Source of the DNA: Olsenella intestinalis | GTDB lineage: Bacteria; Actinomycetota; Coriobacteriia; Coriobacteriales; Atopobiaceae | Direction of reading: 5' to 3' | DNA: 32,000 nt | Assembly: GCF_023276655.1 (NCBI RefSeq) | Contig: NZ_JALGRK010000002.1 | Location: forward strand, 610,433 to 642,432 | Shown: positions 1 to 7,705 of the stretch, piece after piece | Numbering within the stretch: the first letter of the stretch is position 1 | Layout of the letters: the number at the start of each line of letters is the position of its first letter | Translations under genes and position numbers: made by a program | The notes under the pieces: generated by a model | Told to the model about the DNA's origin: nothing | Database searches by the model: none | The model's input: the letters and a program-made list of their open reading frames with translations, nothing else

Positions 1-1190
1 GCGGCCTTGAGGGCCTCGAGGCCCGGCGTGCAGATGGGCGTGGGCGTGAGCCCCTGGTTGAGGTAGGTGTTGTAGGGGCTCTCCTTGGTGAGGTCCTCGG
101 CCGTGACCTCTCCCCCGGTGACGTAGCCCATGGTCGCGTCGCTCTGGAGCGCCATGCCGTCCCTCAGGCGGTTGTAGATGGCGGACGCCACGAGCGGGCG
201 GTCGGTGTCGCTGATCGCCTCGCGCTCGATAATAGACGCCACCTTGAGGATGTCGTAGTTCGTGAGGTCGAGGTTGTAGGCCGACTTGATCTTGGAGCGG
301 GCGCCCGCGAGGTCCACGTCGGCGATCTCGACCGCGTACTGGTCGAGCATGTCGCGGATGATCGCGTCGGCCGTGACCTCGCGACCGTCGAAGTCGTAGG
401 TCTTCGGGTAGAGGAAACCCTCGAGCGAGTCGTTGGCGGCCTCCGCGAGGAACGGGTAGCTCGAGACGTAGTTGGACGCCTTGGCCTGCGCGAGGAAGTC
501 CGACGCGGAGATCGAGGTCTGCTGCTCGACGGCCGCGGCGGTCTTCTGCAGCGTGAGGCCCTCGGCCACGGTGATCCTGTTCGCGGTGGAGTTGGAGCCC
601 GCCGAGAGGATGCTCACGATGTTGTCGAGGCTGTCGCCGCAGGTGAGCTCGAAGGTGCCGCTCTTCATGCTGGACTCGGCGCCCTTGGCGTGCACGGCGT
701 CCTTGAACTCGCGCTCGTTCGCGATGACGCCGGCCTCGAACAGCACGCGCGCGATGTCGGCGCCCGACGCGCCGTCGGGGATGCGCACGCTGACGAGCTT
801 GCCGGACTCAACCTTCTGGGTCTCGCCGAAGAGCGCGGAGGTGCAGCGCGGCACGAGGAAGAAGGCGATCAGGAGGACGACCAGGAGGCCGGCGCCGATG
901 ACGACCAGGTTCCTGCCGTCGGGCGCGCCCGTGCCGCCGGGGCGCCTGCCGGACGGGCGCCCGCCGGAGGGCCTGGCCTGCGCGCGGTACGCCTCGGACG
1001 CGGGACGCACCTGCTGACGAGCCTGCTGGGGACGGACATGGCCTGCGACGTGCTGCTGGCGCGCGGCGTGACTCGCGGGGCGAGCCTGCGGGCGAGAAGA
1101 GCCTGCGCTCGGCCTCGAGGCGCGCGCCTGGGGCGGGGCGTCTTTGCGCGCGGTGAAGTGGCGCGCCCTGGGGTTGCGGTCTTCGGTCAT
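1..1190 (-). CDS. mltG: Endolytic murein transglycosylase MltG (YceG-like); first ~396 codons, C-terminus runs off the left window edge
   Basis: Absent from the ORF track because its stop lies outside the window. Hand translation of the minus strand from ATG 1190-1188 (ATGA overlap with the ruvX stop) gives a basic Arg/Pro/Gln-rich tail and one TM helix (NLVVIGAGLLVVLLIAFFLV). YceG hallmarks follow: GFLYPKTYDF, VASIIEREA, LQSDATMGYV, SPYNTYLNQGLTPTPICTPG. The conserved alaS-ruvX-mltG gene order is present. Confidence 0.85.
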   Translation of the reverse strand, partial: MTEDRNPRARHFTARKDAPPQARASRPSAGSSRPQARPASHAARQQHVAGHVRPQQARQQVRPASEAYRAQARPSGGRPSGRRPGGTGAPDGRNLVVIGAGLLVVLLIAFFLVPRCTSALFGETQKVESGKLVSVRIPDGASGADIARVLFEAGVIANEREFKDAVHAKGAESSMKSGTFELTCGDSLDNIVSILSAGSNSTANRITVAEGLTLQKTAAAVEQQTSISASDFLAQAKASNYVSSYPFLAEAANDSLEGFLYPKTYDFDGREVTADAIIRDMLDQYAVEIADVDLAGARSKIKSAYNLDLTNYDILKVASIIEREAISDTDRPLVASAIYNRLRDGMALQSDATMGYVTGGEVTAEDLTKESPYNTYLNQGLTPTPICTPGLEALKA

Positions 1191-1612
1191 TGGTTCGCCT
1201 GCTCTCTATGGGCGTCGAGCCATGCCTGCAGAAACAGCGAGGCGGCCACCATGTCGACCTTGCCTCGCATGGACTTCTCGCTCAATCCCTCTGCTCGAAG
1301 GATACGCTTGGCCTCCTGCGAGGAGAGGCGCTCGTCAGCGAACTCCAGGGGAAGTCCGCACGCCGAGGCAATCTGGCGAGCCTGAGCCATGATCTTCTCG
1401 GCTTGCGGGCCGTCCTCCCCCGAGAGGGTCTTGGGACGGCCGCAGACGAGCACCTCGGGCTCGTAGTCCTCGAGGATCATGCGGAAGGTCCTGCTCATCG
1501 AGAGGACCTCCTGCGCAGGGAGGACCTTGACGGGAGAGGCGATGGTTCCCGACGCGTCGGTCGCGGCGACGCCGATGCGAACCTCGCCTATGTCCAGCGC
1601 CAAGGCCCTCAC
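1187..1612 (-). CDS. ruvX: YqgF/RuvX family pre-16S rRNA nuclease (Holliday junction resolvase-like)
   Basis: 141-aa ORF with a GTG start. The N-terminus MRALALDIGEVRIGVAATD matches the RuvX signature (G-x-D-x-G-x-x-R-I-G-V-A). AGGA lies 9 nt upstream, and the gene sits directly after alaS as in most Gram-positives. Confidence 0.85.
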   Translation of the reverse strand: MRALALDIGEVRIGVAATDASGTIASPVKVLPAQEVLSMSRTFRMILEDYEPEVLVCGRPKTLSGEDGPQAEKIMAQARQIASACGLPLEFADERLSSQEAKRILRAEGLSEKSMRGKVDMVAASLFLQAWLDAHREQANQ

Positions 1613-1620
1613 TGGGATTC

Positions 1621-4269
1621 CTATGCGTTAAGGAGGCTCTTGGCGGCGTCGAGCGCGGCGTCGATGCCGGAGGCGTCGGAGCCGCCCGCCTGGGCCATGT
1701 TGGGCCTGCCGCCACCGCGGCCGCCGACGTGGCCGGCGATCTCCTTGATGACGTTGCCGGCGGCAAATCCCGCGGCGACGGCGGAGTCGGTGCCCGCGGC
1801 GAGCAGGCCGACCTTGCCGTCAGCGACGCTGGCGAGGACGCAGGCGCAGTCGGCGCCGAGCTTGTCGCGGACCGTGTCCCACACGCCGCGGAGCTCCTTG
1901 CCGCCGATGTTGTCGAGGCGGGCGATGACGAGCTTGTAGGCGCCCATGTCGACCGCCGCGGAGACGGCGTCGCTCACCTGGCTGGACGAGCCACCGACGA
2001 GGGCGGCCTTGAGCTTCTTCTCGGCGTCGGCGCGCTCCTCCTTGAGCTGCTCGACGCGGGTGAGCACCTCGGAGGGACGGCACTTGAGGGAGCTGGCGAC
2101 CTCGTCGAGGCCGGCGAGGCGCTCGTCGACGTACTCGATGGCGCCGACGGAGGTGACGGCCTCGATGCGGCGGGCGTTGGAGCCCACGGAGCCCTCGGAG
2201 ACGATCTTGAAGATGCCGAGCTCGGCCGTGTTGCGGGCGTGGGTGCCGCCGCAGAGCTCGCGGGAGAAGGGCTCGTCGGAGTCGCCGGTGGAGACGACGC
2301 GGACGACGTCGCCGTACTTCTCGCCGAAGAGTGCGACAGCGCCGGCGGCCTTGGCCTCGTCGATGCCCATGACCTTGGTCACGATGGGCTCGGCGGCGAA
2401 GATCTCGGCGTTGACCATGCCCTCGATGCGGGCGACCTCCTCGGCCGTGAGAGCCTCGAAGTGGGTGAAGTCGAAGCGCAGGCGATTGGGCGAGACGAGC
2501 GAGCCGGCCTGGCTCACGTGGTCGCCCAGGACGCGCTTGAGCGCGGCGTCGAGGAGGTGGGTCGCGGTGTGGTTGCGGCGGATGAGCTCGCGGCGGCCGT
2601 GGTCGACGGTCGTGGTGACCGCGTCGCCGACGTGCAGCTCGCCCTCGACGACCTCGCTCACGTGGGCGACGACGCCGCCCTCGTGGTGCTTGGCGTCGCT
2701 GACCTCGAGGCGGGCGGAGTCGGAGGCGATGGAGCCGGTGTCGCCGACCTGGCCGCCCATCTCGCCGTAGAAGCTCGTCTTGTCGAGGACGACCTCGACC
2801 GACTCGCCGGCGTGGGCGACCTCGCGCTCCTCGCCGTCGACGACGAGGGCGAGGACCTTGCAGCCCTCGGCGACGTCCGAATCGTAGCCGCAGAACTCGG
2901 TCTCGGCGATGTGGTCGGAGACGGCAGCCCACACGTTGTTGGCGGCGCCCCAGGCGTCGCGGTTGGCGCTCTGGCGGGCGCGGTCCCTCTGCGCCTCCAT
3001 CTCGCGCTCGAAGGCGTCCATGTCGACCTCGTGGCCGGCGTCCTCGGAGATCTCGCGGGTGAGGTCGATGGGGAAGCCGTAGGTGTCGTGCAGCTTGAAG
3101 GCGACCTCGCCGGAGAGGACGGCGCCCTCGGCGAGCTTCTCGAGCTCGGCCTGGAGCATGGTCTCGCCGGCGTTCAGGGTGGCGCCGAAGCGCTCCTCCT
3201 CGGCGGAGATGATGCCGTCGATGAGGGCCTGGTTCTCGACGAGGGCCTCGTACTGGTCGCCGAGGACCTCGGTCACCTCGTGGGCGTAGGTGGTGAGGAA
3301 GGCGCCCTGGATGCCGAGGAGGCGTCCGTGGTAGACGGCGCGGCGAAGCAGGCGCCTGAGCACGTAGCCACGGCCCTCGTTGGACGGGAGGATGCCGTCG
3401 CCGATCATGAAGGTGACGGCACGAGAGTGGTCCGCGAGGATGCGGAGGCTCTTGTCGGTGTCGTTGGCCGAGGCGTGGTACTCGACGCCGGAGAGCTTCT
3501 CGCCGAGGGCGATCAGCGAGCGCATGACGTCTCCCTCGTAGTTGGAGCCCTTGTGCTGCATGATGGCCGCGATGCGCTCGAGGCCCATGCCGGTATCGAT
3601 GTTGCGGTGCGGGAGGTCGGGCATCGAGCCGTCCTCCTGGCGGTCGTACTGCGTGAAGACGAGGTTCCAGAACTCGAGGTAACGGTCGCCGTCGTCGCCG
3701 GGGGCCTCGCCCTCGAACTCGGGGCCCTGGTCGAAGTAGATCTCGGAGCAGGGGCCGCAGGGACCGGTGGGACCGGCCGCCCAGAAGTTGTCCTCCTCGC
3801 CGAGGCGGGAGATGTGGTCGTAGTCGACGCCGTGGCTGTGCCACAGCTCGATGGCCTCGTCGTCGTTCTCGAAGACCGTGAAGTAGAGGCGGTCCTTGGG
3901 AAGGCCGAGGTGCTCGGGGCTCGTGATGAACTCGTAGGCCCAGGCGATGGCGTCGGCCTTGGTGTAGCCGCCGAAGGAGAAGTTGCCGAGCATCTCGAAG
4001 AACGAGAGGTGGCGGGCGTCGCCGATGTTGTCGATGTCATTGGTGCGCAGGCACTTCTGGCACGACGTGGCACCGATCTCCCTCATCGTCTTGGTGCCCT
4101 GGTAGTACTCCTTGAACTGGTTCATGCCCGCGTTGGCGAGCAGGAGCGACGGGTCGTCGGGGATAAGGGAGGACGAGGGGTAGAGCTTGCAGCCCTTCTC
4201 CTCGAAGAACTTCAGGTAGTCCGCGCGAATCTCGGCGGTGGTCATGGTCTTGTAGTCTGTCGTGCTCAT
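1621..4269 (-). CDS. alaS: Alanine--tRNA ligase
   Basis: The ORF track gives 1621..4299. I prefer the internal ATG at 4269 (MSTTDYKTMTTAEIRADYLKFFEEKGC...) because GAGGAG sits 6-11 nt upstream. AlaRS motifs are present: NAGMNQFK, FFEMLGNFSFGGY, the editing domain HTATHLL and CGGTHA, and the C-terminal DHHA1 motif GGRGGGRPNMAQAGG. Confidence 0.97.
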   Translation of the reverse strand: MSTTDYKTMTTAEIRADYLKFFEEKGCKLYPSSSLIPDDPSLLLANAGMNQFKEYYQGTKTMREIGATSCQKCLRTNDIDNIGDARHLSFFEMLGNFSFGGYTKADAIAWAYEFITSPEHLGLPKDRLYFTVFENDDEAIELWHSHGVDYDHISRLGEEDNFWAAGPTGPCGPCSEIYFDQGPEFEGEAPGDDGDRYLEFWNLVFTQYDRQEDGSMPDLPHRNIDTGMGLERIAAIMQHKGSNYEGDVMRSLIALGEKLSGVEYHASANDTDKSLRILADHSRAVTFMIGDGILPSNEGRGYVLRRLLRRAVYHGRLLGIQGAFLTTYAHEVTEVLGDQYEALVENQALIDGIISAEEERFGATLNAGETMLQAELEKLAEGAVLSGEVAFKLHDTYGFPIDLTREISEDAGHEVDMDAFEREMEAQRDRARQSANRDAWGAANNVWAAVSDHIAETEFCGYDSDVAEGCKVLALVVDGEEREVAHAGESVEVVLDKTSFYGEMGGQVGDTGSIASDSARLEVSDAKHHEGGVVAHVSEVVEGELHVGDAVTTTVDHGRRELIRRNHTATHLLDAALKRVLGDHVSQAGSLVSPNRLRFDFTHFEALTAEEVARIEGMVNAEIFAAEPIVTKVMGIDEAKAAGAVALFGEKYGDVVRVVSTGDSDEPFSRELCGGTHARNTAELGIFKIVSEGSVGSNARRIEAVTSVGAIEYVDERLAGLDEVASSLKCRPSEVLTRVEQLKEERADAEKKLKAALVGGSSSQVSDAVSAAVDMGAYKLVIARLDNIGGKELRGVWDTVRDKLGADCACVLASVADGKVGLLAAGTDSAVAAGFAAGNVIKEIAGHVGGRGGGRPNMAQAGGSDASGIDAALDAAKSLLNA

Positions 4270-4342
4270 TGTTCTCCTCAGCCTTTGCGAGTGACGCACT
4301 TGCGCTCAACATCATACGTGAATCTGATGCACGTGGAAGCAA

Positions 4343-4396
4343 CACACAAAAACGCCCGCGCAGGGCGTGAGCCGTGCGCGGGGCGCGGAGGCGTTT
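4343..4396 (-). terminator. Rho-independent terminator after the sigma-factor gene
   Basis: Minus-strand RNA: AAACGCC...GGCGUUU outer stem, with the inner hairpin ACGCCC-UGCGC-GGGCGU (plus coordinates 4352-4368). It is followed immediately by UUUUUGUGUGUU (plus-strand A-run 4348-4352). It lies 10 nt after the sigma stop codon and before the alaS promoter region. Confidence 0.6.
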
Positions 4397-4405
4397 GGCC
4401 TGGGC

Positions 4406-5233
4406 CTAGCCCATGACCCCCTCGGGGTCGATGCGTTCGCGGACCTTCTCGAGGGTGCGGCGCAAGAGCCTCGAGACCTGCACCTGCGAGATGCCGAGGC
4501 GCTTGGCGATCTCGACCTGCGTGAGGCCGTCGAGGAAGCGCATGCGGATGATCTCCTGCTCGCGCGGGGAGAACTCGGCGATGGCCTCCTCGAGCAGCAT
4601 GCGGTCGTCGGAGGAGGCGAGGTCCTCGTCCTCGGAGGCGAAGCGGTCGATGACCGAGGGCGCGTCATCGTCGTCGCGCGACGGCGCCTCGAGCGGCACG
4701 GAGCTGTAGGCGCTCGAGGACTCCATGGCCTCGAGGACCTCGTCGACCGAGCAGTCGAGGGCGCTCGCGATCTCCTCGACGGAGGGAGAACGCTGGAGGT
4801 CCTTGGTGAGCTCCTCGGTGACCTGGTTGACCTTGGAGGAGAGCTCCTGCAGGCGCCTCGGGACGCGGACCGACCAGCCCTTGTCGCGGAAGTGGCGCTT
4901 GATCTCGCCCATGATCGTGGGCGTTGCGAACGTGGTGAACTCGAGCCCGCGGGCCGGGTCGAAGCGGTCGATCGCCTTAATGAGGCCGATGGTGCCGACC
5001 TGCACGAGGTCGTCGAGCGGCTCTCCCCTGTTCTTGAACTTGGACGCGAGGAACCTGACGAGGTTGAGGTGGCTCACGACGAGCTGCTGGCGCGCCTCCT
5101 CGTCCCCCTCCTCCTTGTAGAGGCGGAAGAGCTCCCTCGTGCGCTCCTTGTCCCAGGCGAGCTTGCCCTTGGGCGTGCGCGCCGAGGCGCGACGGCGGGC
5201 GGCTCGCTCGCGGGCGGCGTCGCTACCGGGCAT
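4406..5233 (-). CDS. RNA polymerase sigma factor, SigB/SigF/SigG (group 3) family
   Basis: Region 2: DDLVQVGTIGLIKAIDRFDPARGLEFTTFATPTIMGEIKRHFRD. Region 3: SVEEIASALDCSVDEV. Region 4 HTH: LTQVEIAKRLGISQVQVSRLLRRTLEKVR. The track start is 5275. ATG 5233 (MPGSDAARE...) overlaps the upstream anti-sigma stop by 11 nt and gives a typical length, but the start remains uncertain. Confidence 0.9.
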   Translation of the reverse strand: MPGSDAARERAARRRASARTPKGKLAWDKERTRELFRLYKEEGDEEARQQLVVSHLNLVRFLASKFKNRGEPLDDLVQVGTIGLIKAIDRFDPARGLEFTTFATPTIMGEIKRHFRDKGWSVRVPRRLQELSSKVNQVTEELTKDLQRSPSVEEIASALDCSVDEVLEAMESSSAYSSVPLEAPSRDDDDAPSVIDRFASEDEDLASSDDRMLLEEAIAEFSPREQEIIRMRFLDGLTQVEIAKRLGISQVQVSRLLRRTLEKVRERIDPEGVMG

Positions 5234-5597
5234 TGTCCTGGCCGATCGTCTTGGTGAGGCGCAGCGTGGCGCCATCGACGACGTCGCACGAGTCGCAGAC
5301 GGCCTCGAGCAGGAGCTTCACGAGGTCGAGGTCTGCGCCCGCCTCAGCGGGGTCCGCCTCGCCGAGCGCGAAGTCGAGGCTCGCGCGCCCGTCGGCGAAG
5401 TCGAGCTCGATGTCACAGGAAGTGGGCTGCGTGGCGCAGCTCAGGACGAAGCCCTCCTCGGCGATCATGCGAAGGTCCTCGACCTCGTCGACGCCGAGGT
5501 CGCACAGGACCGCGAGGTTGGCGACGGTCATGCGGACGAGTCGGGCGTAGCGTGCCTCGGCGGGGACGCTCAGCCTGACGGCGCTCTGGCCCGCCAT
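5223..5597 (-). CDS. Small RsbW/SpoIIAB/UsfX-like anti-sigma factor, apparently lacking ATP-binding boxes
   Basis: 124 aa. The N-terminus VRLSVPAEARYARLVRMTVANLAVLCDLGVDEVEDLRMIAEEGFV resembles the start of HATPase-type anti-sigma factors. The gene is overlapped by the sigma gene start, and its own ATG lies 2 nt after the DUF948 stop. By eye I find no N-box Asn and no DxGxG or GxxGxG boxes. Confidence 0.6.
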   Translation of the reverse strand: MAGQSAVRLSVPAEARYARLVRMTVANLAVLCDLGVDEVEDLRMIAEEGFVLSCATQPTSCDIELDFADGRASLDFALGEADPAEAGADLDLVKLLLEAVCDSCDVVDGATLRLTKTIGQDNAR

Positions 5598-5599
5598 CC

Positions 5600-6184
5600 C
5601 TACTCGCCCTCGTTCTCGGAGGAGTCAGAGGCGGAGTCGTCACTCTTCTCGGCGGCGTCGCTCTTCTCGGCGGGCTTCTCCGCGTAGGTCACGTAGCCGG
5701 AGTTGTGCTGCTCCTCCTCGGCCTCGTCGGCGGCCTCGATCTGGGCGGGCGCGGCGCCCTCGATGGCGGGGGCGGGCTCGCCCTTCTTGCCGGTGATCTT
5801 GTTGACGATGCCGGTGGCGGCGTTGGCGGCCGTGTTTGCGACCTGGTTGACGGCGCCGGTGACGCCGGCGGCGGTCTCGGAGACCGAGGAGACGTCGTCG
5901 AGGATGCCGTTGACCTGGCGCAGGCTGACGTTCACCTCGTCGAGGGAGACGCTGACCTTCTCCATGAGCGGGTCGACCTGGCGCAGCGACGGCTGGAGGT
6001 CGTCCATGACGCCGTCGAGCTTGGAGATGATCGGCTGGACCTGCTCGATGGTCTCGTTGGCGTTGCGGCCGACCTCATCGACGGTGGAGCGGGCCTTCCT
6101 GATGGTGAGCGCGAGCTCGACGACGGCCCAGACGCCTACGGCGGCCAGGACCAGAAGCAAAATCGTCATGGGATCGAACTGCAT
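5600..6184 (-). CDS. DUF948 family membrane-anchored coiled-coil protein with acidic C-terminal tail
   Basis: 194 aa with an N-terminal TM helix (ILLLVLAAVGVWAVVELALTI). A heptad-like region follows (VDEVGRNANETIEQVQPIISKLDGVMDDLQPSLRQVDPLMEKVSVSLDEVNVSLRQVNGILDDV) that is typical of DUF948/YtxG-like proteins. The tail is rich in Ser/Asp/Glu. Confidence 0.7.
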   Translation of the reverse strand: MQFDPMTILLLVLAAVGVWAVVELALTIRKARSTVDEVGRNANETIEQVQPIISKLDGVMDDLQPSLRQVDPLMEKVSVSLDEVNVSLRQVNGILDDVSSVSETAAGVTGAVNQVANTAANAATGIVNKITGKKGEPAPAIEGAAPAQIEAADEAEEEQHNSGYVTYAEKPAEKSDAAEKSDDSASDSSENEGE

Positions 6185-6252
6185 GATGGTGCGCCCTTCT
6201 CTCCATGCGCGCTGCGGCGCGCGCGAACGTGCGGTCTTCGGATTACTCTTGC

Positions 6253-6279
6253 ATTCTACCCGTTTGTCTTCCCTTTACC
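6253..6279 (-). promoter_or_regulatory. Candidate promoter of the DUF948/anti-sigma/sigma unit (SigB-type GGTAAA-N12-GGGTAG, or SigA-type -10 TAGAAT)
   Basis: The minus strand reads GGTAAA (6279-6274), a 12-nt spacer, then GGGTAG (6261-6256), compared with the SigB-type consensus GTTTAA-N12-15-GGGTAT. The overlapping hexamer TAGAAT (6258-6253) is also a good housekeeping -10. The motif overlaps the rarA stop codon, 72 nt upstream of the DUF948 ATG. This is a motif match only. Confidence 0.25.
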
Positions 6280-7665
6280 CGTGGCCCTGCCGCCGTTGGC
6301 GGCACGCGCCGCCCGGTCGCGCTCCGTCGACTCGAGGCGCCAGGCCTCCCAGCCGCGCGGGCTCGGGAAGAAGAAGTCGCCCGCCGAGAGGCCCTCGGGC
6401 AGGTAGCGCTGCGGGACCCAGCCGCCCTCGAAGTCGTGCGGGTAGAGGTAGTCGCCGTAGTCCTCCGAGCCCGGGCGGTGCCGGTCGCGCAGGTATGCGG
6501 GCACCTCGCGGCGGGGGCCGGAGCGCACCTCGGAGAGGGCGGCGTCGATGCCGGCCTCGCAGGCGTTGGACTTGGGCGCGAGCGCGACGTAGAGCGCGGC
6601 CTGCGCGAGGTTGATGCGGCACTCCGGGTAGCCTATGACCTCGGCGGACTTGAACGCGGCCTCGGCGACGAGAAGGGCCTGCGGGTCGGCGTTGCCGACG
6701 TCCTCGGAGGCATGAATCATGATGCGCCTCGCGATGAACTTGGGGTCCTCCCCCGCGTCGATCATGCGCGCGAGCCAGTAGAGGGTCGCGTCGGGGTCGC
6801 TGCCGCGCATCGACTTGATGAACGCGGAGATGATGTCGTAGTGCATGTCGCCGCCCTTGTCGTAGGGCAGGCCGCGGCGGGGGTTGGCGTCGAGCACGTG
6901 CTCGCGCGTGATGAGGATGCGGCTCTTCTCGCCTGCGCCATCGCCCTTGGCGGCGTCGGGGGACGTCGGGTCGGAGGGGGCGTCCGCCGGGGCGGCCATC
7001 TGGCTTGCGAGCTCGAGCGACGTGAGCGCCGAGCGGCCGTCGCCCGCGGCGAGCGTCACGATCTCGTCGAGGGCGTCGTCGGCGAGGTCGAAGGCGCCGT
7101 CGAGGCCGAACTTGTCGTCGAGGGCGCGGGTGACGAGCTCGCGGATCGCGTCGTCGGAGAGCGGCTCGAGCTCGACCACGCGCGAGCGCGAGATGAGGGC
7201 GGAGTTGACCTCGAAGTAGGGGTTCTCGGTCGTGGCGCCGACGAGGATGACCGTGCGGTCCTCGACCGCGTGCAGGAGCGCGTCCTGCTGGGCGCGGTTG
7301 AAGCGGTGGATCTCGTCGACGAACAGGATCGTGCGCCGGCCGCTCGTGAGCAGGCGCGACTCGGCGGCCTCGGTGGCCTGGCGCAGGTCCTTCACGGTGC
7401 CGGTGACGGCCGAGACCTCGACGAACTCGGCGTGGGTGGTGTTCGCGATGATGCGCGCGAGCGTGGTCTTGCCGGTGCCGGCCGGGCCGTAGAGCAGAAC
7501 CGACGAGAGCGTGTCGTGCTCGATGGCGCGCCTGAGCCACGAGCCCGGCCCGACGGCCTTCTCCTGTCCGACGTAGCCGTCGAGGGTCTGCGGGCGCATG
7601 CGCACCGCGAGCGGGGCGTTGACCTTGCGCTTGTAGCGCTCGATGTCCGAGAAGAGCGTGTCCAT
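6256..7665 (-). CDS. rarA: Replication-associated recombination protein A (MgsA/RarA AAA+ ATPase)
   Basis: N-terminus PLAVRMRPQTLDGYVGQEKAVG, Walker A LYGPAGTGKTTLARIIA, Walker B ILFVDEIHRFNRAQQDALL, sensor GATTENPYFEVNSALISR. The C-terminal MgsA domain shows HYDIISAFIKSMRGSDPDATLYWLARM and YLYPHD. Confidence 0.93.
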   Translation of the reverse strand: MDTLFSDIERYKRKVNAPLAVRMRPQTLDGYVGQEKAVGPGSWLRRAIEHDTLSSVLLYGPAGTGKTTLARIIANTTHAEFVEVSAVTGTVKDLRQATEAAESRLLTSGRRTILFVDEIHRFNRAQQDALLHAVEDRTVILVGATTENPYFEVNSALISRSRVVELEPLSDDAIRELVTRALDDKFGLDGAFDLADDALDEIVTLAAGDGRSALTSLELASQMAAPADAPSDPTSPDAAKGDGAGEKSRILITREHVLDANPRRGLPYDKGGDMHYDIISAFIKSMRGSDPDATLYWLARMIDAGEDPKFIARRIMIHASEDVGNADPQALLVAEAAFKSAEVIGYPECRINLAQAALYVALAPKSNACEAGIDAALSEVRSGPRREVPAYLRDRHRPGSEDYGDYLYPHDFEGGWVPQRYLPEGLSAGDFFFPSPRGWEAWRLESTERDRAARAANGGRATGKGKTNG

Positions 7666-7705
7666 GGTGGTGCCTTGTCTCTTGATGCGTGACGGTGCGC
7701 GGCCG

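Noticed and set aside
4270-4299. Longer N-terminal extensions offered by the ORF track: alaS 4299, sigma 5275, ATPase 13805, marR 21389, cyclophilin 25806, phasin-like 29896, HAD 30691, serC 30768
   Set aside because: In each case an internal ATG has a good Shine-Dalgarno sequence at proper spacing and starts exactly where family-conserved sequence begins. The extensions are Arg-rich, lack an RBS, or overlap the neighbouring gene. The sigma start remains genuinely ambiguous.
4270-4342. T-box or other riboswitch leaders upstream of alaS, metG (18006-18209) and serC (30641-30821)
   Set aside because: The available leaders are too short (roughly 40-75 nt after plausible promoters). I cannot find a specifier loop, a T-box sequence, or conserved riboswitch cores by eye.
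1729-4416. 895-aa ORF antisense to alaS. The same class includes 1820..3844 (-), 6205..7692 (+), 7392..9056 (-), 7643..8950 (+), 9210..11339 (+), 9262..11166 (-), 13606..16695 (+), 13727..15013 (-), 21949..23823 (-), 21993..23699 (+), 23483..26065 (-), 25623..26660 (-), 26570..27472 (-), 27778..29421 (+), 29309..30781 (+) and 30564..31802 (-)
   Set aside because: These are typical high-G+C shadow ORFs. Their composition is Arg/Ala/Gly/Asp/Val/Leu- or Arg/Pro-rich with no motifs. Each overlaps a gene, on the other strand or in another frame, that has clear family signatures, an RBS and sensible start and stop context.
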